Shown here piece by piece: positions 11,117-24,389 of a stretch of DNA of 64,000 nt. Source of the stretch: Cetorhinus maximus (taxonomy: Eukaryota); contig NC_135888.1 in NCBI RefSeq assembly GCF_964194155.1, positions 35,712,001-35,776,000 on the forward strand. Direction: 5' to 3'. A program made the position numbers and the translations under genes. Numbering within the stretch: position 1 is the first letter of the stretch; every line of letters starts with the position of its first letter. The notes beneath the pieces are model-generated. The model did no database searches and was not told the origin of the DNA. It worked only from the letters and a program-made list of their open reading frames with translations.

Positions 11117-14062
11117 TGGTGGTAGGTTGAGGAATGCTGAATGGTTGGGATTTGGGAAGGTGAGGTGTAGAGGCAGGGAGAAATGAATGGAGGGATAATG
11201 ACAGGAGATAGAGAACTAGGAAGAGTAAAGTAAAAGAAAAACTTAAAATAAGGTTGAGGAGATAAAAGTAAAAACAGAAGTGATGGGCTCCAGTCTGGAG
11301 CAACAAGCAAAATGCACACATGACTGGAAGCAGTGAAAGCTCAGATTACATGGGTCTGGTTATGGAGCAGTTATTAGGATGCATTTACCCTGGTGGTAAA
11401 CAGGGAATATTTTTGTGCATTATCCAATTTCATATTGATTGAAGGCAATAACTAATACCAATTTGACAGATTTTTTCATTCCACTTGATTGATCACAGCA
11501 TCCATTGAACTCTAATCACCATTCCTCTGTCCTTCTCTTGACCCATCATCATTACACCCAGTCTTTGTGCCAGAAGTCTTGTAAAAAAACCTAAGGTGCA
11601 CAGCACTTTTCTTTTACATCTTTTACCTCACTTCTCCTGGTTCTGCTGGTATTGGCTCTTGTTGTCCAAACCAGCCACATCTTCAATGACGATGAAGCCC
11701 TTGTCAAATAAAGGGACCAGGGTCTGGGGTTTTTCTTCAATTCTTCAGCCCTTCTTGACACAGTTTCTCCATGTTAGAGTGAAGCAATGAAAACCTTCAC
11801 ACTCTAGAAACAAAACAAATGCTTGTGTTGATCTGCAGCCAATTCCAGCTGTAGCTTTTGGTTATCCACTTTTGTCCTTCTGTTTTATCACATCATGGGC
11901 CTATTTCTTTGAGAATTGCAAATGTATTGGATGTAGCTGCAAAATACTAATGTAGGTGGGGGTAGAAGATCCTTAATAAACTTTGTTGCAAATGATACAG
12001 GCTACAGCTGTCACCTGGAGGAACTGACAGGAAAAGATTTGCCGTTGACAGCTCATTAGTGATTGAGACTCTTGTGTGAATGCTCATGCAAACATTTGGA
12101 CTTAGTAAACTGATTTTATGTCCATCAATCTGACTTCAGCGCATGACATTACAAACAGTTAGTAAATTAGGGAAGGGAAATTGGTGCAGCAATTCCTTTG
12201 AAACAAACAGTAATGAAGGACAACTTACATAACTGTAGGTGGGTGATAGAAAGGAGGAGATGGCATCTCACAAGTGTTGGCACTGACAGATTTTATATTA
12301 CACACCGTGACAAGGACATAGAGTCAAACTAATCCTGAACCAGAAGCTAGTTGAGCTTAAGAGAGAAGGATTTTAATCAGCACATCCCTTGTTTGTCTAG
12401 CTGTCTCAATAATCCTCCATAAGCAAACATGACAGCATTTAGCTCGATGTGATTAGCATTCAACCCTTTCCCCCTGAAGTAATTTTTTACATAAAAGAAT
12501 AATGACATGATTTAGAATCTTGATTTTGCCTACTCCAATAAAACACATCTTTTTACTTGTACTTCATCTCATTTCATATTGATTGAAAGGGCAACTGAAG
12601 TTCAGCAACTTATTTTTTGGCTATGTGTGATTTTTTATGTGCACTAACTAATTGCAAAGAGTGTGTGTAAATCCTCCTCTATTAACTGCCTGTGTATGAA
12701 AAATCACAGGCAGGATTTTATGTTTGAGGTTGGAAACCCAAAGCAGAAATCATTCCCGAATCCCGATCCCAAATCAGGATAGACGGAGGTAGTCAGCCCG
12801 CTATTTTGCCCAAGATGTGCTGCTAATTGGCTGGAGGGTGGATTTGGCAGCCAACTAGCAGCAGCAGGCATAGGATGGAGGTACCTGTAAAGTGAGGGCC
12901 CAATTTAAAGGCATGACGATAGCCATTACTGTCTTGCATAGCAATGGAAGCCAGAGGGCAGCAGGAGGAGAGACAGAGGTCTGGCACAGTCTCTGGCTCA
13001 GCTCTTGAAGTTGTGGTGGGAGCAGTAAGGGAGAGAGGGACAAAGGGCCTTGTTCCCGGAAGCTGACAGGTGAAGGCCACACAGCCAAATTAAACAGGCC
13101 TGTTTGGAGGCGACAGAAAATGCCAGTAGACACAGTGATGTCTAGGAGGCCTGGGTGCAGTGCCAGCAATGGTTTGATGACCTCTTTCACTCTGCCAAGG
13201 TGAATGCAACCCGACAACCAGATGATGGGCCTCCAGCACGGCAGCTACCAGCAGACGTGCCAGCTGAGCAGCCCGGGGACACCCGACAGGGGAAAAATGG
13301 GTGCTCAGGGTAATTACTCACATGTCAGCAAGGTGCAAAGCACTAGTGCTGTTGAGGACCAGGCACCGATACATGCAGCTGGCATTGGTGTTCGAGGCCA
13401 GTGTTGCCTTATCACCCCCCCTGATGTCCTTGTAGTAGAAGAGGGAGCAGAAGGCATGGGGAAGGGCACACACAGACGTGCACCAACTTGCCATCCTCAG
13501 AGCAATGAAGCAGCAGCAGCGGCAATTGCCAGGGGGACCTCACATGGCCAACCACCAATGCAGAGATGGGAATATCTGCAGGAGAAGGTGAAAAGGTATT
13601 GAATTCTGTAGATGCAGGAGTGCACTCCTTCTGTCTGACAGCATGTTAAAGACTCAACTGTTGCGAAGTCTCAGCACTGCAGTGGGTTCTGTGGTTAGAG
13701 GCAAGATCTCATGTTCTTCTGTTTCCAGCAGAGTCAGTTGTGCAGGGGGAGGCTGTCAATGCAGCAGAATCACTACGGGTTTCGGAAGAAACTGAACCAG
13801 CAGAGCCTGCACACAGTCACTTCATTCAAACACTCCCTCCACCAGCGCAGGTATCAACCGGAGCTCATTTGGGATAAGAAAGTGTGGCACTGGGTGAAAA
13901 GTACAACTCTAATGAGCAGGAGATGGTCACAGAGACAGCTATGGGAAGTCCCCCTCAGAGCATGGAGAAGAGACACAGCCATGCTCAGCTGGGCTCAGAT
14001 GCTGGGCCTCGGAAATCAGAAGCAAATACGGCTCTATTTAGACTAGCAGGGCGAGATAGGAA

Positions 14063-14162
14063 TCTGTAGAAGAGTCATATTGGGCTCAAAATGTTAACTC
14101 TGTCCTTCTCTTCACAAATGCTGCCAGACCTGCCAGGTTTTTTCCAGCACTTTACTTTTATT
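14063..14162 (+). mobile_element. Short Penelope pLTR fragment (decayed hammerhead motif)
   Basis: ctgtagaagagtcatattgggctcaaaatgttaactctg...atgctgccagacctgcc, homologous to 4507-4636. Confidence 0.7.
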
Positions 14163-14442
14163 GCAGGAAACTCTTATGGTTGCAGACCAGTGAACATTCA
14201 GGGAGTGCAAGCCCTTCCTATGGACGAATCTCATTGGCTGCTCACTCCGTGCTTTGGTGGTCACATGGCTGTAACTTTTGATACCCTTCACTTGCCTGAA
14301 TCCAGTAATAGAAGCAAAACCCACCGCCCTTTGTCCCTACAAAGTCCCCTCTGTTTGAAGTGTTGAGATGCAGCGGTGGGCTGCCGCTTGAGACACGCCA
14401 CCAAGGTCTTCTGTTAATCCTTGGAATGAGCCAGGAGACAAA

Positions 14443-14570
14443 GTCTGGGATTTTCCGGCCCGGCCATGGCAGGACCCACTGCCGGGGGTGCAGCGGGCCA
14501 GCCAAAAGCCCATTGACTTTCAGCAGGACCAGAACCTCCCAATGGCGGGTGGGGCTGGAAAACCCCGGCC
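14443..14570. mobile_element. Small MITE nested in the Harbinger transposase remnant
   Basis: Imperfect TIRs gtctgggattttccggcc and ggctggaaaaccccggcc. Confidence 0.55.
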
Positions 14571-15273
14571 CAAGAAATTTAAGGTCAAAGATACTAAGAG
14601 TTACTGGCAGGGCATGGCAGGCAGAATCATGAGGTGTGTAGTCTTCCTCAATGAGGACACAAATCTCAGTGACCATCTGCACAGGTAGGTGCAGTCTCCG
14701 TTGACACTGATTCTCTCACATGCCCAAGTAGCATCTTTTCATCAGTACACTTGATGCTGAGGGTATGGCCTGCATTGCCTTCCTGCCCCTTGCCCCACTC
14801 TTCTGCCCTTCTCATGTCTAGGACTCAGCATCTGCTTCTGAGGATGGTGCTCCTCATCCTCAATCAACCCTACCTCCGAGTATCTTAAGCCCATGCATAG
14901 CTGTTGCCTCCTTGCAGTCAGCTGCACTCGCAGTGCTTAATAGACCCCTTACTGATAGCCCACAATCCTTGGAGGCTTTTGACCCTCTATAGCCACCACA
15001 CAGACCACTTACACTGCAGCCTTTGTTAACTGCTAGCAACCATGTGCCAATGCATGAGTGCCCCTCACTGCCGTGTACCCTTTGAGAGGTCCACCTAATC
15101 ACATGCTGTGGTCATGGCTGGCTTCAGTTTCTGTTGCCACCTCCTTCCACTTGGACTGTTCCTGATCCATTGTGTAAACCATGCATCCCACAGAATTTCC
15201 AAACTGGCCCTTGATGAACTGACGAGCTTGTTAACCAGACCAATTGGCCAATTATCTGAATCGGGTGGGTTAC

Positions 15274-15345
15274 AGGCTCAGTTCATAGCACCCTCGCCTT
15301 TGAATCAGAGGGTTGTGGATTCATGTCCCACTCCAAGAACTGTGA
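15274..15345 (+). mobile_element. tRNA-derived SINE head fragment
   Basis: ggctcagttcatagcaccctcgcctttgaatcagagggttgtggattcatgtcccactcca with decayed A and B boxes. Confidence 0.6.
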
Positions 15346-16169
15346 TTGTACTCGAAAGAAGTTGCAATCTGTGACTGTTGGTAACTCGAAAGAGTTACCG
15401 GGTCCTGCCTTCTGCCCTCCTGAGTGGAATCGCTGGTCAGAATGGTGATGGCAAACAGGCATGACAACTAGGGCATGAATTTTCATGCTCATCCACCTCT
15501 GCATATAGCCTCACATGGGGGCAAAAAAAATCTGCCCCATTTCTCAGCAATGTCAAGTGTTACATTATAGGCAACAGCTCAGAGCAGGGCCAGTTGCTGG
15601 TTGTGGACTTCCAACACTGCATGTGCAGAAACAGAGATATACCACCATCCAGAGGGCCCCACACTCCAACATCGTTTTGATTATTGATCGCACTTGTGGC
15701 ACTTTGGGTGGTGTTACACTTGAATTACACTATACAGCTTACACGAGTGCAAAATCAAAGCTGTGCAGTTTAATAAGTGCTCTGTAGATAAAACACATCA
15801 GCTCAGGCACCAACTAAAGTTAAATGGTAAACCTTCAGCAGCAACAATGCCTCAAGGCAAACTGGGAGCAGAAATTATTCTTTGCAGTGCTGAATTAGGC
15901 CCTGTCTTCTTTACTAATGTATAAGGATTAGAAGCTGCTTTAAACACTGGCATGAATTTTGCCTGCATTCTGGGAGATTGGACATCGGTCAGCCAGCTCT
16001 CATATTTAGTAAAAGACTAAACATGGCTTCTTAGAACATTATTGGAATTACAGACCCACAGCGAACTTGGCCTAATTGTCCATCACTGAGAGTTCTATTT
16101 AGCTGTGTAGATGTTGGATGCCAGTTCACAGATATTATCCTCCCAAATCCAAATGAAACATGTGGCAAC

Positions 16170-16710
16170 GTCATGGAATTTTACAACACAGAGGGAGGCC
16201 ATTCAGCCCATCATGCCACTTTGAAAGAGCTATACAATGATTCCACCTTCCCTGCTCTTTCCTAGCCATGTACATTTCTCCTATTTGATTTCCTTTTGAA
16301 TGTTCCTATGGTATCTGCTTCTCCCACCCTTCAGGTATTTCATTCCAAACCACAACAACCTGCTGCATTATTTCTATTCCTCATTTGACCCAAGTCTTTT
16401 GCTAATTATTTTACATCTGTGCCCTTCAGCTACTCTCCCTCCCACCAGCAGAAACAATTTCTCCCTATCTACTATATTGAAACCCCTCAAATGTGAAGAC
16501 TTCTGTTAAATCTCCCCATAACCTTTGCTGCTCCAAGGAAAGCAATCTGAATTCCTCTAGCTGTCTCTGTATAACTGAAGTCCCTAATCCCTGGTAACAT
16601 TCTAGTAAATCCCCTCTGCATCCCTGTCAGGCCTTGATATCCGTGTGGTACCCAGATTGCACATAATACTCTATGTGAAGCATAGCCAGTGATTGCAGAA
16701 GAGTTACCAT
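16170..16710 (-). mobile_element. Old CR1 3' fragment
   Basis: ggaggccattcagcccatc 3' stem region and ctgctccaaggaaagcaa...ataactgaagtcc...ctggtaacattctagtaaatc, homologous to 7380-7950. Confidence 0.7.
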
Positions 16711-17594
16711 AACATAAAAACCGACCTTTCTTTTCTTATACATGCCACCCAGCTATAATGTTTATTCTAGTCTGTTAGAGATATGAATTATTCATTTACA
16801 TACCTTGCAATTAAATCTATCACTGCAAATATTACACCTGAATAGCTAATTGATGAATTGCACAATTGGATTTTTCTCTGCAGTTTAACGTTTTCAATTA
16901 CCTACAAGCTGAGAAACACCCAGGAGTAATTACAAGACCATAATCCATTCAAGGAGTCCAGAAGGTATCACAAACCAAAGCACTGAAGCTCTGGCAGTTG
17001 TTAGCCTCCATCTGAACCCTCAGATCTGACAGTACTGCTGAAATCACGCATTGGTATTTGTTACGTTGTCTAAGGATTGTAAGAGATATATTTGTTGATT
17101 TGGGTTAAGCACATTAAAAGGTGTTTGAAACATGGATTATTCAATGATTAATGTACTATCTGTTCTTATTGTCTTTTGGTTCAGATGTTGGTAATAATCA
17201 GATTTTAAGCTTGGAAAGATCAGGCACTTGTCATGCTACCTTGTACAGAAGGAAGACCGGCTAGAACTGGTTCTGTTACACATTGAATCAGTCTCTAGTG
17301 CAGAAATGAAATATGGACCCCTGGAACACATAACAATTAGTTCCTGGCTAATTAGTTCCTAACTCTTTGCAGATATTTACAGATAATACAACAATATGAA
17401 TATAATGCTCGTAAAGAAATGGAGGCGCTGAGGTAGTAGAGCCTTGTACCATTCAGCATGTGAGCCTGCCTGCCCACCTTGGTTCCATAACCCATAATAC
17501 CCTTAGGAAAAAAATTTTCTTCAAAATTTTTAATTGGCAGAACATTGACAGCTTTTTGGGGGAACAGAATTTCTCAATTTCCCTCTATCCCCTA

Positions 17595-18262
17595 TGTTAA
17601 GGGGGAATATAGGGATACAGTAAGAACTTATTGAAAGGGAATGGACTACTTAAAATATCCAAGCAGCCAGTGCCTGCAAGTACATAAACAGTTAACAGTT
17701 AAAGGCCAGGCTGGACAGAGAGGAATCTGAACCTTGCACACCCTCATGGGCCTGTGATCATTAGCAAGGCCAGGCTGGACAGAGAGGAATCTGAACCTTG
17801 CACACCCTCATGGGCCTGTGATCATTTGCAAGGCCAGGCTGGACAGAGAGGAATGCAAATGTGATAGATTGGATGTCTTAGGAGTCAGATCGGAGCTTCA
17901 GGTGGAAAATCAACCAAGATTGGGTCTGTTTATAGCAGATAGGGAAAGAACAGATGGTCGTAGTTGAGATAGGAGGAAAGGTCTCTGCTGGGGTGAAAGT
18001 CGGGACAGATGATGCCTGTACCTTGGTACCTTTGTTACCAGAGAGATGTCTGTTTAATGTAAACCTATATGTTGACGAGATCGGAATCTGGGGAATGTTC
18101 TTGTATGTGACCAATAATGTATAAATATGGTGAACACTTGTAGTTTAGCAGAGTACTGTCTCAAGCTGTATTGATATGGTGCTCACCTTGCAATTGTTCG
18201 AATAAACAATCGAAACCTGTACCTGAAACTCCTGTTGTCCGTCTGTCAAAGACACCACATCA
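17595..18262 (+). mobile_element. Solo LTR (668 bp, ERV- or LTR-retrotransposon-like)
   Basis: TG...CA ends; 5-bp TSD CCCTA (17590-17594, 18263-18267); CCAAT 18111, TATAAA 18120 and AATAAA 18201 in canonical order; splits an older CR1-like fragment. Confidence 0.8.
17702..17854 (+). repeat. 64-bp tandem repeat, 2.4 copies, in the LTR U3 region
   Basis: Units aaggccaggctggacagagaggaat... start at 17702, 17766 and 17830. Confidence 0.95.
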
Positions 18263-19556
18263 CCCTACACTTTGTGAAGAAATACTCCTTCACATAGTCA
18301 CTGAAATGCCCCACTCTAATTTTAAGGCCCTTTTTCTGGGCTTGTTCTGGCTCAGGTTGCTGACCTGGTTTTATGTCTTGTCCAATCTTACGCTCCATTA
18401 ATTTGAGTTCCTGATCTGAGCTGTGATAATCTTAGTGAGGTAGGAATCGAGTGAGGAACTTCTCTACAAAGGAGGGGCAAATCCGACAGATACTTCTCAT
18501 TCTTGCACATCTCCTCATGACTGATTCAGACCACAATTCACGGAGACATGAGCAAACAGTGTCTTTGTGACCTCTTGGCTTGCAGCATATCCAGCTGGGC
18601 AGAGGAGAGAAATAGAATTACCTTGTGCATGTGATACATACAATAATTCAACATAAAGAAAAGCACAAATAGATGAGAATGTGTTATCTTTCATAAACTT
18701 GGTTCCTGATGCTAGAATAACGACAGTCTAGCTAGTCCTCTAATTAAAACCTCTCCTTTTTAGAAAAGAATTGAAGAAAACTGTAATTGACTTTAAATAG
18801 TTGATGTGTTTTGCACAATAAAAGGGATTCACTTTAACTACCAGCATGCAAAAGTGCTACCACCAGGTTAAAAACAAAACGAAACAATGAGGCCACTGTG
18901 GCACTGCAAGGCTCTTGCAAATGTTTAAATTCAAAGTCTGTATTTTTGAAACCCACCAAAGGCAGGAACAGAGGCGGCAGATGAGCCTGGAAATTCCTGC
19001 CACCAGCTAGTGTGCTGGTTTGCCAGCATGGTCCCACCTCGAGGCCATTTGTAAGGACTCCAGGTGAGGGGTGAGACAGCTACCTAGTTCCAAGCGGCGG
19101 GTAGCCAATTGAGGTCATTAAGAAGTCTATTAAGGCTACCCCGTGTTTACTGAAATTTTACAGTTGGCACACGGCCCCCTGCAGTGGCAAAACTGCGGCC
19201 AACAAAAGGAAGTGGCCTCCCAGTGATAGACTGGGGGGGCGGGGGTAGTGCTCCTGAGGCACCCCTCCCTCACTGCTGATATAGAAAAATGGCAACACCT
19301 TTGACAGGTCACATTGTAGAGGGGTAATGGCTCCCCTCTCTCCCCCTTAGCTGCATCGACAAACTGCAGCTTTCTCACTGCTGAGGGCCTCCAATGGCTG
19401 CCCGGGTGCCATGCTTAATTGGATGGCAGGCGTGCCCTCTGGCCATAAATTGGTGAATTCAATAGAAATCAAGTTGGGCATACATGCTCTGTGTTGTGAT
19501 ATTGCATGCATGCCAATGCAGACAATGACATGTACCTTTAAGAAGCTGCATAGTGA

Positions 19557-19733
19557 CATCACTATGACGTTACTGTATGTAAGGCTGGAGGATAAAAGGT
19601 ATAGCCTCCATTTAGATGTTCACTATTGCCTGTGACTCTATCATGGCATCACTATGACATTACTGCGTGTAAGGCTGGTGGATAAAAGGTATAGCCTCCA
19701 TTTAGATGTACACTATTGCCTGTGACTCTATCA
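19557..19733 (+). repeat. Tandem duplication, 90-bp period, about 2 copies
   Basis: catcactatgac...tgtgactctatca at 19557 and 19647, about 5 substitutions. Confidence 0.95.
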
Positions 19734-21396
19734 ATCAGACTTTATATACACCTTATGATTCAGGCAATATTAGTAAGGGATCCATTAAATTTCTTGGTTT
19801 ACTTTTCATGTTCTAGCTCATGGGATTGTATCTAAATTGTCATTAATATTTATTTCTGTTCTAAATGGCTGTTCTTTACAATCGTCAATGCTAGACATTT
19901 GTCATGATTTATCTTTGTGCTCAAAAAGGTGAAGGTTGCCAGAAATGGAACACTTTTTTCCCTGTCTCAAGTTAAATGTCAGCAGCAAGCCCTCCTTGGT
20001 CAACTTTAGGATGGGTAAGAGGTAAAGAAAAGCTTCTTCTACCTGGCTTCAAAAGCACGACCAAACCTAAGATCCCGGAAGAGCAGCCTGACTGCACTTT
20101 TATATGCTACATAAACCATTCTAATGGTCTTTGAACGAGATTGCCAATTTAGTTCCAATTTGTGCATAAGTTATAGTACTTTTGTGTGGTGAATGAGCCC
20201 ACTGGGAAGTTGCTTGAGACTGCCCAAGCGCCTCTCACTTAGAATGATTCTAGCTGGCAAAATAAAGAAACTTTTATATCATTAGTCTGGACAAGTTTCA
20301 AGTTCAGGTCTCAGAGCCAAAAAGAGGCTCATTCACTATTCCGCCCCTTTGCTTTCCTGCAGCAATACAAAATTAAAACTACCACTTACTTATAAACAAA
20401 GAAATATTGGTCCAAATTTTGCTGGAAAATTAATGGTGCATTAATGACACACTGTTATTAATGGACAAATGGGCCAGCAAATTTAGCGAATTGAGAAAAT
20501 GACATGAGTTGCAAATCTCCAGGACTTGATTTTCCATTTATATCATTCCACCACTTGCTTTCCTCTGACGGTATCTATCCCTTATCCTCCCATTGATTTT
20601 AAGAACTTTCTGGATTTGCACATTAATTGCATTAAATCCACCGCAAAGCATTAGGGCTGGTAAGGCTATATGTATCCAATGCCATCCTCTGCCTGAAAAG
20701 GCACTGTTTATACTTTTCAGTCACATCCCTGCATGTAATAAATTAGTTTTAGTGATTTTAAAAATGTCAAAGCATGATTTTCTTACTTAGCATTTCAGCT
20801 TTTTATCTCTAAGCCAATCTCTCTCACTTTTGATTTCTCACTCAGTACCTGATGTGATTCTAGTTTACCCTCCTTTTCCATTGCTCCTAGTTTCTTTTTG
20901 AACTCTTGAATTCACTGGCTAAGAAGATACATTGTTGACCCCACCATTTACTAAGGTCCCAAAGGCCCCATTGCCCTCACCGAGTTGTTATCAACTCACA
21001 ATTTCCACATGTTATGATGCAAAGAGCAATTCAATCTTAAAAAAAGCAAGAACTATCCCAACAAACAATTGACTTTGTACAATGAATGTCAACAAGCTAT
21101 GGAACTAGCGAGTGAATGACAGCCAAATCTGATCCTATCCTCCTCAGTGTCCTCATGGAAACATCATTTTTCAGGAGCTATTGACTGTCATAAAGCTATT
21201 AATGTACATAATGTTATTGGAAATTATTTTAAATTGGACTTGTAGTAGGGTCAGTGTCTGTGGGTGTGCGTGTGTGTGTGTCTTAATTGGATTAAAGCCA
21301 GCCAGTCTGGGTGCTTTGATGTATAGTAGCTTTGAGATGTTAAACAGTAAGGAAGTTAAGGTAAAGAGTGCATTTGCTGCGGACGCACACAATAAA

Positions 21397-24327
21397 TCCA
21401 GCAGCGCGTCCGAGGATGAGCACGCACAGGGAAATGCTGAGGGGGTAGATGCTGACCTGGGCATACTCCAGGGAGGCAGGGACACCCGGGAGGCTTTAAT
21501 CCAATGACCCTTCAGCTAGCACACTACAGATGGATCCCCAGGACAAGCCTGGGCTGTATGCTCCATCTTCGAAGCCTAAGTGCAAAATCTGCCTGGTTAG
21601 GTCCTTGTTAATAAAGCTGAATGTCCTACAAAGCACATTACATTATTGGAAACCATCCACCTGTAGAACAAAAGAGGCAGCCTCGGCCATGGTGACATTT
21701 CTGAATTTATTTTTGCAACCAAAGAAACTTAATGAAACAAAATGAAAAAGGTGTTAAAAATCACACCAACTAATAAAAACCTCATTGCGGGCCAACACAA
21801 AAGCACCAGTGATAAACCCGTGGTGTGCCTAAGGTGCCTTATGTTTACGTTTTCAGGCGCTATGTCTTGGTGCTGCCCCCTCGCTGGGAATGGCACCTGA
21901 GACAGCCTGCTGACTCTGCTGTCCTGTTGACCTCGATGACCTTGGCGGTCGTCCTGTGGCCTGTGGAGCCTGTGTTGGCCCCGCCTGGGAGGGAGCTGCC
22001 AATTCCACAGCTGGCATCTCCCCAGTTGTCGCAGCCTTACCGGGTGCAACGGTCACTGGCAGAGGGGCGGAGGAGCTGGTGCCCTCATCCGGAGCGCCCT
22101 GAGAGGGGCCCGCGGAGACGATAGGCAGCTGCTGCACTGGCATGAGGTTGATTCGGACCTCCCTGCTCACCGTGGATGGATGTGTACTAAGCTGGGAAAC
22201 TTGGTACCCAGACCATCTCCCACACTGGCACTAACTAGCTGAGGTCAATGCTAATGTGAGGGCTTGCTGGTCAGAGCACATCCCCAGGAAGCCCTGATGG
22301 GTCTCCTGGAGGAGCCTCTCCATGAGAGTCGCCATTCTCCCCATGGAGGACGCATGGCGCTCAGAAATGAGGCTCATTGCCTCAGCGATAGTCCGGGTAG
22401 ACTCCTCCAATATGGACACCAAGCCAAGCATAACCTCATATATCTCCCCCAGATGCTCCCGCACACATCCAGCCACATTTCCTGCACTTGCTGCATCGTG
22501 GACAACTCCAGAGGCACATCATCAGGCACCAACAGAGCATGTGCCTGGTGCCCTGCAGTCCTCCAACTGTTGGTGCCATGGGCACTCTCTGTCTCTGCCA
22601 GCTCCTCCAGCGACTGTGAAGTCCCCTTACCGCTGTGCCCCGGGACACTAGCCGTTGTTCTAATTTCCACCGAAGTGCTAGTGTCTGCACTGTGCCTGCC
22701 TGGCAGAGATGGTGTGACACTGGTGAGACTTCAGGGCCTGCAGGTGTGAGAAAGGGCCTCTGTTGCTCCTCCTCTCAGCCTTTGTTCGCTGATGCTGAAA
22801 GCAAGAACAAGGACATTGGATCAGTTAACGTGGAGACAATGTCAATGTGTATCCCTGTCCCCCAGATCATTATGCACTCATCCTTCCATAAGCCATGGTC
22901 AAGCCATGTTGTAAACTTCAATCACTGAACATTCAGCACTGCCATGGCTACTGGGAGAACAATGGTGACCTCACTGCAGGACAAACATACCTGGCCGTGG
23001 CACCCCCAGCCTCACCGACACCGATGGATCTGGGCGCATGGCACCTCTCCAAATCTAGTGCATTTTGCTCGAAACAGCTGAGAATCGCTAACTGTGCCAG
23101 CCCGCCGCCAGTCCTTACCCACTCAGCGACATTATGTGCATTCTTCTCCTGAAAAGGAGAGAAGAGCATTGATTAGTGCTACTTGTACCTGGACTCTCTT
23201 CACGGACGGCCCACCCCAACCAGAGTGGGACATTGCAGGGCTCCAATGTCTCCTCACCCCGCAGTTGCCAAACAGTCACACAAAGATGCTAGGCCTGCGC
23301 CCTGCCTTACCACCCCCTTGGCCAAATGCTGCCTACATCACATTAGGCACCACATGGTCTAACCTTCCATAGCAAGGAGGTGCAAGCACGTGGAGCGCAG
23401 AAGACATCAGATCGATCAATGCCACGCCACCTGGAAGCCCCCCTCCCAGCATGTCATCATCCTGACTTTGACATGTCCTGGAGTTCCAGCACTGCGCCTA
23501 GGTGCAGCTCCTCCAGGTTGCCCCCAAAACAGTAATGTAGGTGTCACTGTGCCACTTGCTGCGGGGGCAGAGCCCATCTCTTCACCACCCTGTCAGGGTG
23601 ACCTCGGCATGGGCAATATCTGCTGGCCCACCCAGCAAAGGACACGTGCCGTCAATGATTCAATGCAGTCACTATGCTCAGATTTTGGGCGGTGGTGAGG
23701 GGGGCAGTGGCAGCAGGTGGGGAAAGCCTACCTGCTGGGTTAAGTGACCAATGGCAACATGGTACTCACCCTTCCCGAGCACAACAAGTCATTGAAGCGC
23801 TTGTGACACTGGAACCAGGTGCGCCGCACCATGTCGCGGGAGCTCACCACCTCCGCCACCTCCTCCCAGGCACGTTTCATCATGTGGGGGGGGCTTCCTC
23901 CTCCCGTCCTGGGGGACCAACGCCTCCTACTGTGCTGCCACCCCCTCGAGGGGGGCAGCAAGGCAATCATCGGTAAAACGAGGGGCACAGTCCCTCCCGG
24001 CCCTACCCTCCTGCCTGGCCTGCTCACCAGTAGTGCCCTGGGGAGCCCTTCCGCTGGCCGTGATTCACAACCTTTGAAAGGCTGCAGCAGCTTTTTAAAA
24101 CAGGCCACTGGGTCGTCACTGGACCCAGCAGTCATTGCAGTCCCGCCGTCACCCACTCACTCCTGCTGTCCTCGGGAGCCACGATTCACGCTGGGCAGGC
24201 CTTAATTGGACCGCCCGCATAAATTGGCGACGTGGACTCGATCTCGGGCGGCAATCTGGTCCGTGGCTGCCCACTCCCGCACCCGCGCCCGCTCTGGCCG
24301 CCCTCCCCAGCCAGAAAATTCAGCCCA
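21397..24327. mobile_element. Left-truncated Harbinger transposon (transposase C-terminal tail on +, Myb/SANT gene on -, right TIR)
   Basis: SSSASEDE...LQGGRDTREALIQ matches 41893-42014; TIR gaaaattcagccc followed by ATA; colinear with 41890-44465. Confidence 0.85.
21830..24050 (-). pseudogene. Harbinger Myb/SANT DNA-binding protein gene, 3 exons (about 24050-23770, 23148-22991, 22794 to about 21830), disrupted
   Basis: APRF..., AWEEVAEVVSS..RRTWFQCHKRFNDL; donors gtgagt and gtatgt; pyrimidine-rich cag acceptors; exon 2 starts EKNAHN. Confidence 0.8.
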
Positions 24328-24389
24328 TATAAACAAGTGACAAATGCCACCAATCCCACCCCCCGCCACCACCCCCTACAGAACAAAAC

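Larger units (their letters stand above)
12709..15538. mobile_element. Highly decayed PIF/Harbinger transposon (Myb/SANT remnant on +, transposase remnant on -); ends approximate
   Basis: Minus ORF 14112-14324 GFASITGFRQVKGI..SHVTTKA..RFVHRKGLHSLNV is HARBI1-like; + strand 13090-13200 is a decayed W.QC..F.DL motif ending at a GT donor; terminal-like ggcaggatttta and aaaaatctgcccc. Confidence 0.7.

Noticed and set aside
17702-17854. Regularly spaced repeats suggesting a CRISPR array
   Set aside because: Units are whole tandem duplicates with identical 'spacers', inside a eukaryotic LTR, with no cas genes.
20405-21135. Further decayed MITE-like elements (also about 18950-19470, 28440-29070, 46000-46670, 62969-63195)
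   Set aside because: GC-shifted patches with TIR-like words but no verifiable TIR pair or TSD.
21241-21396. Possible LTR start abutting the truncated Harbinger
   Set aside because: Only a TG start and a (GT)n tract; no matching end or TSD.
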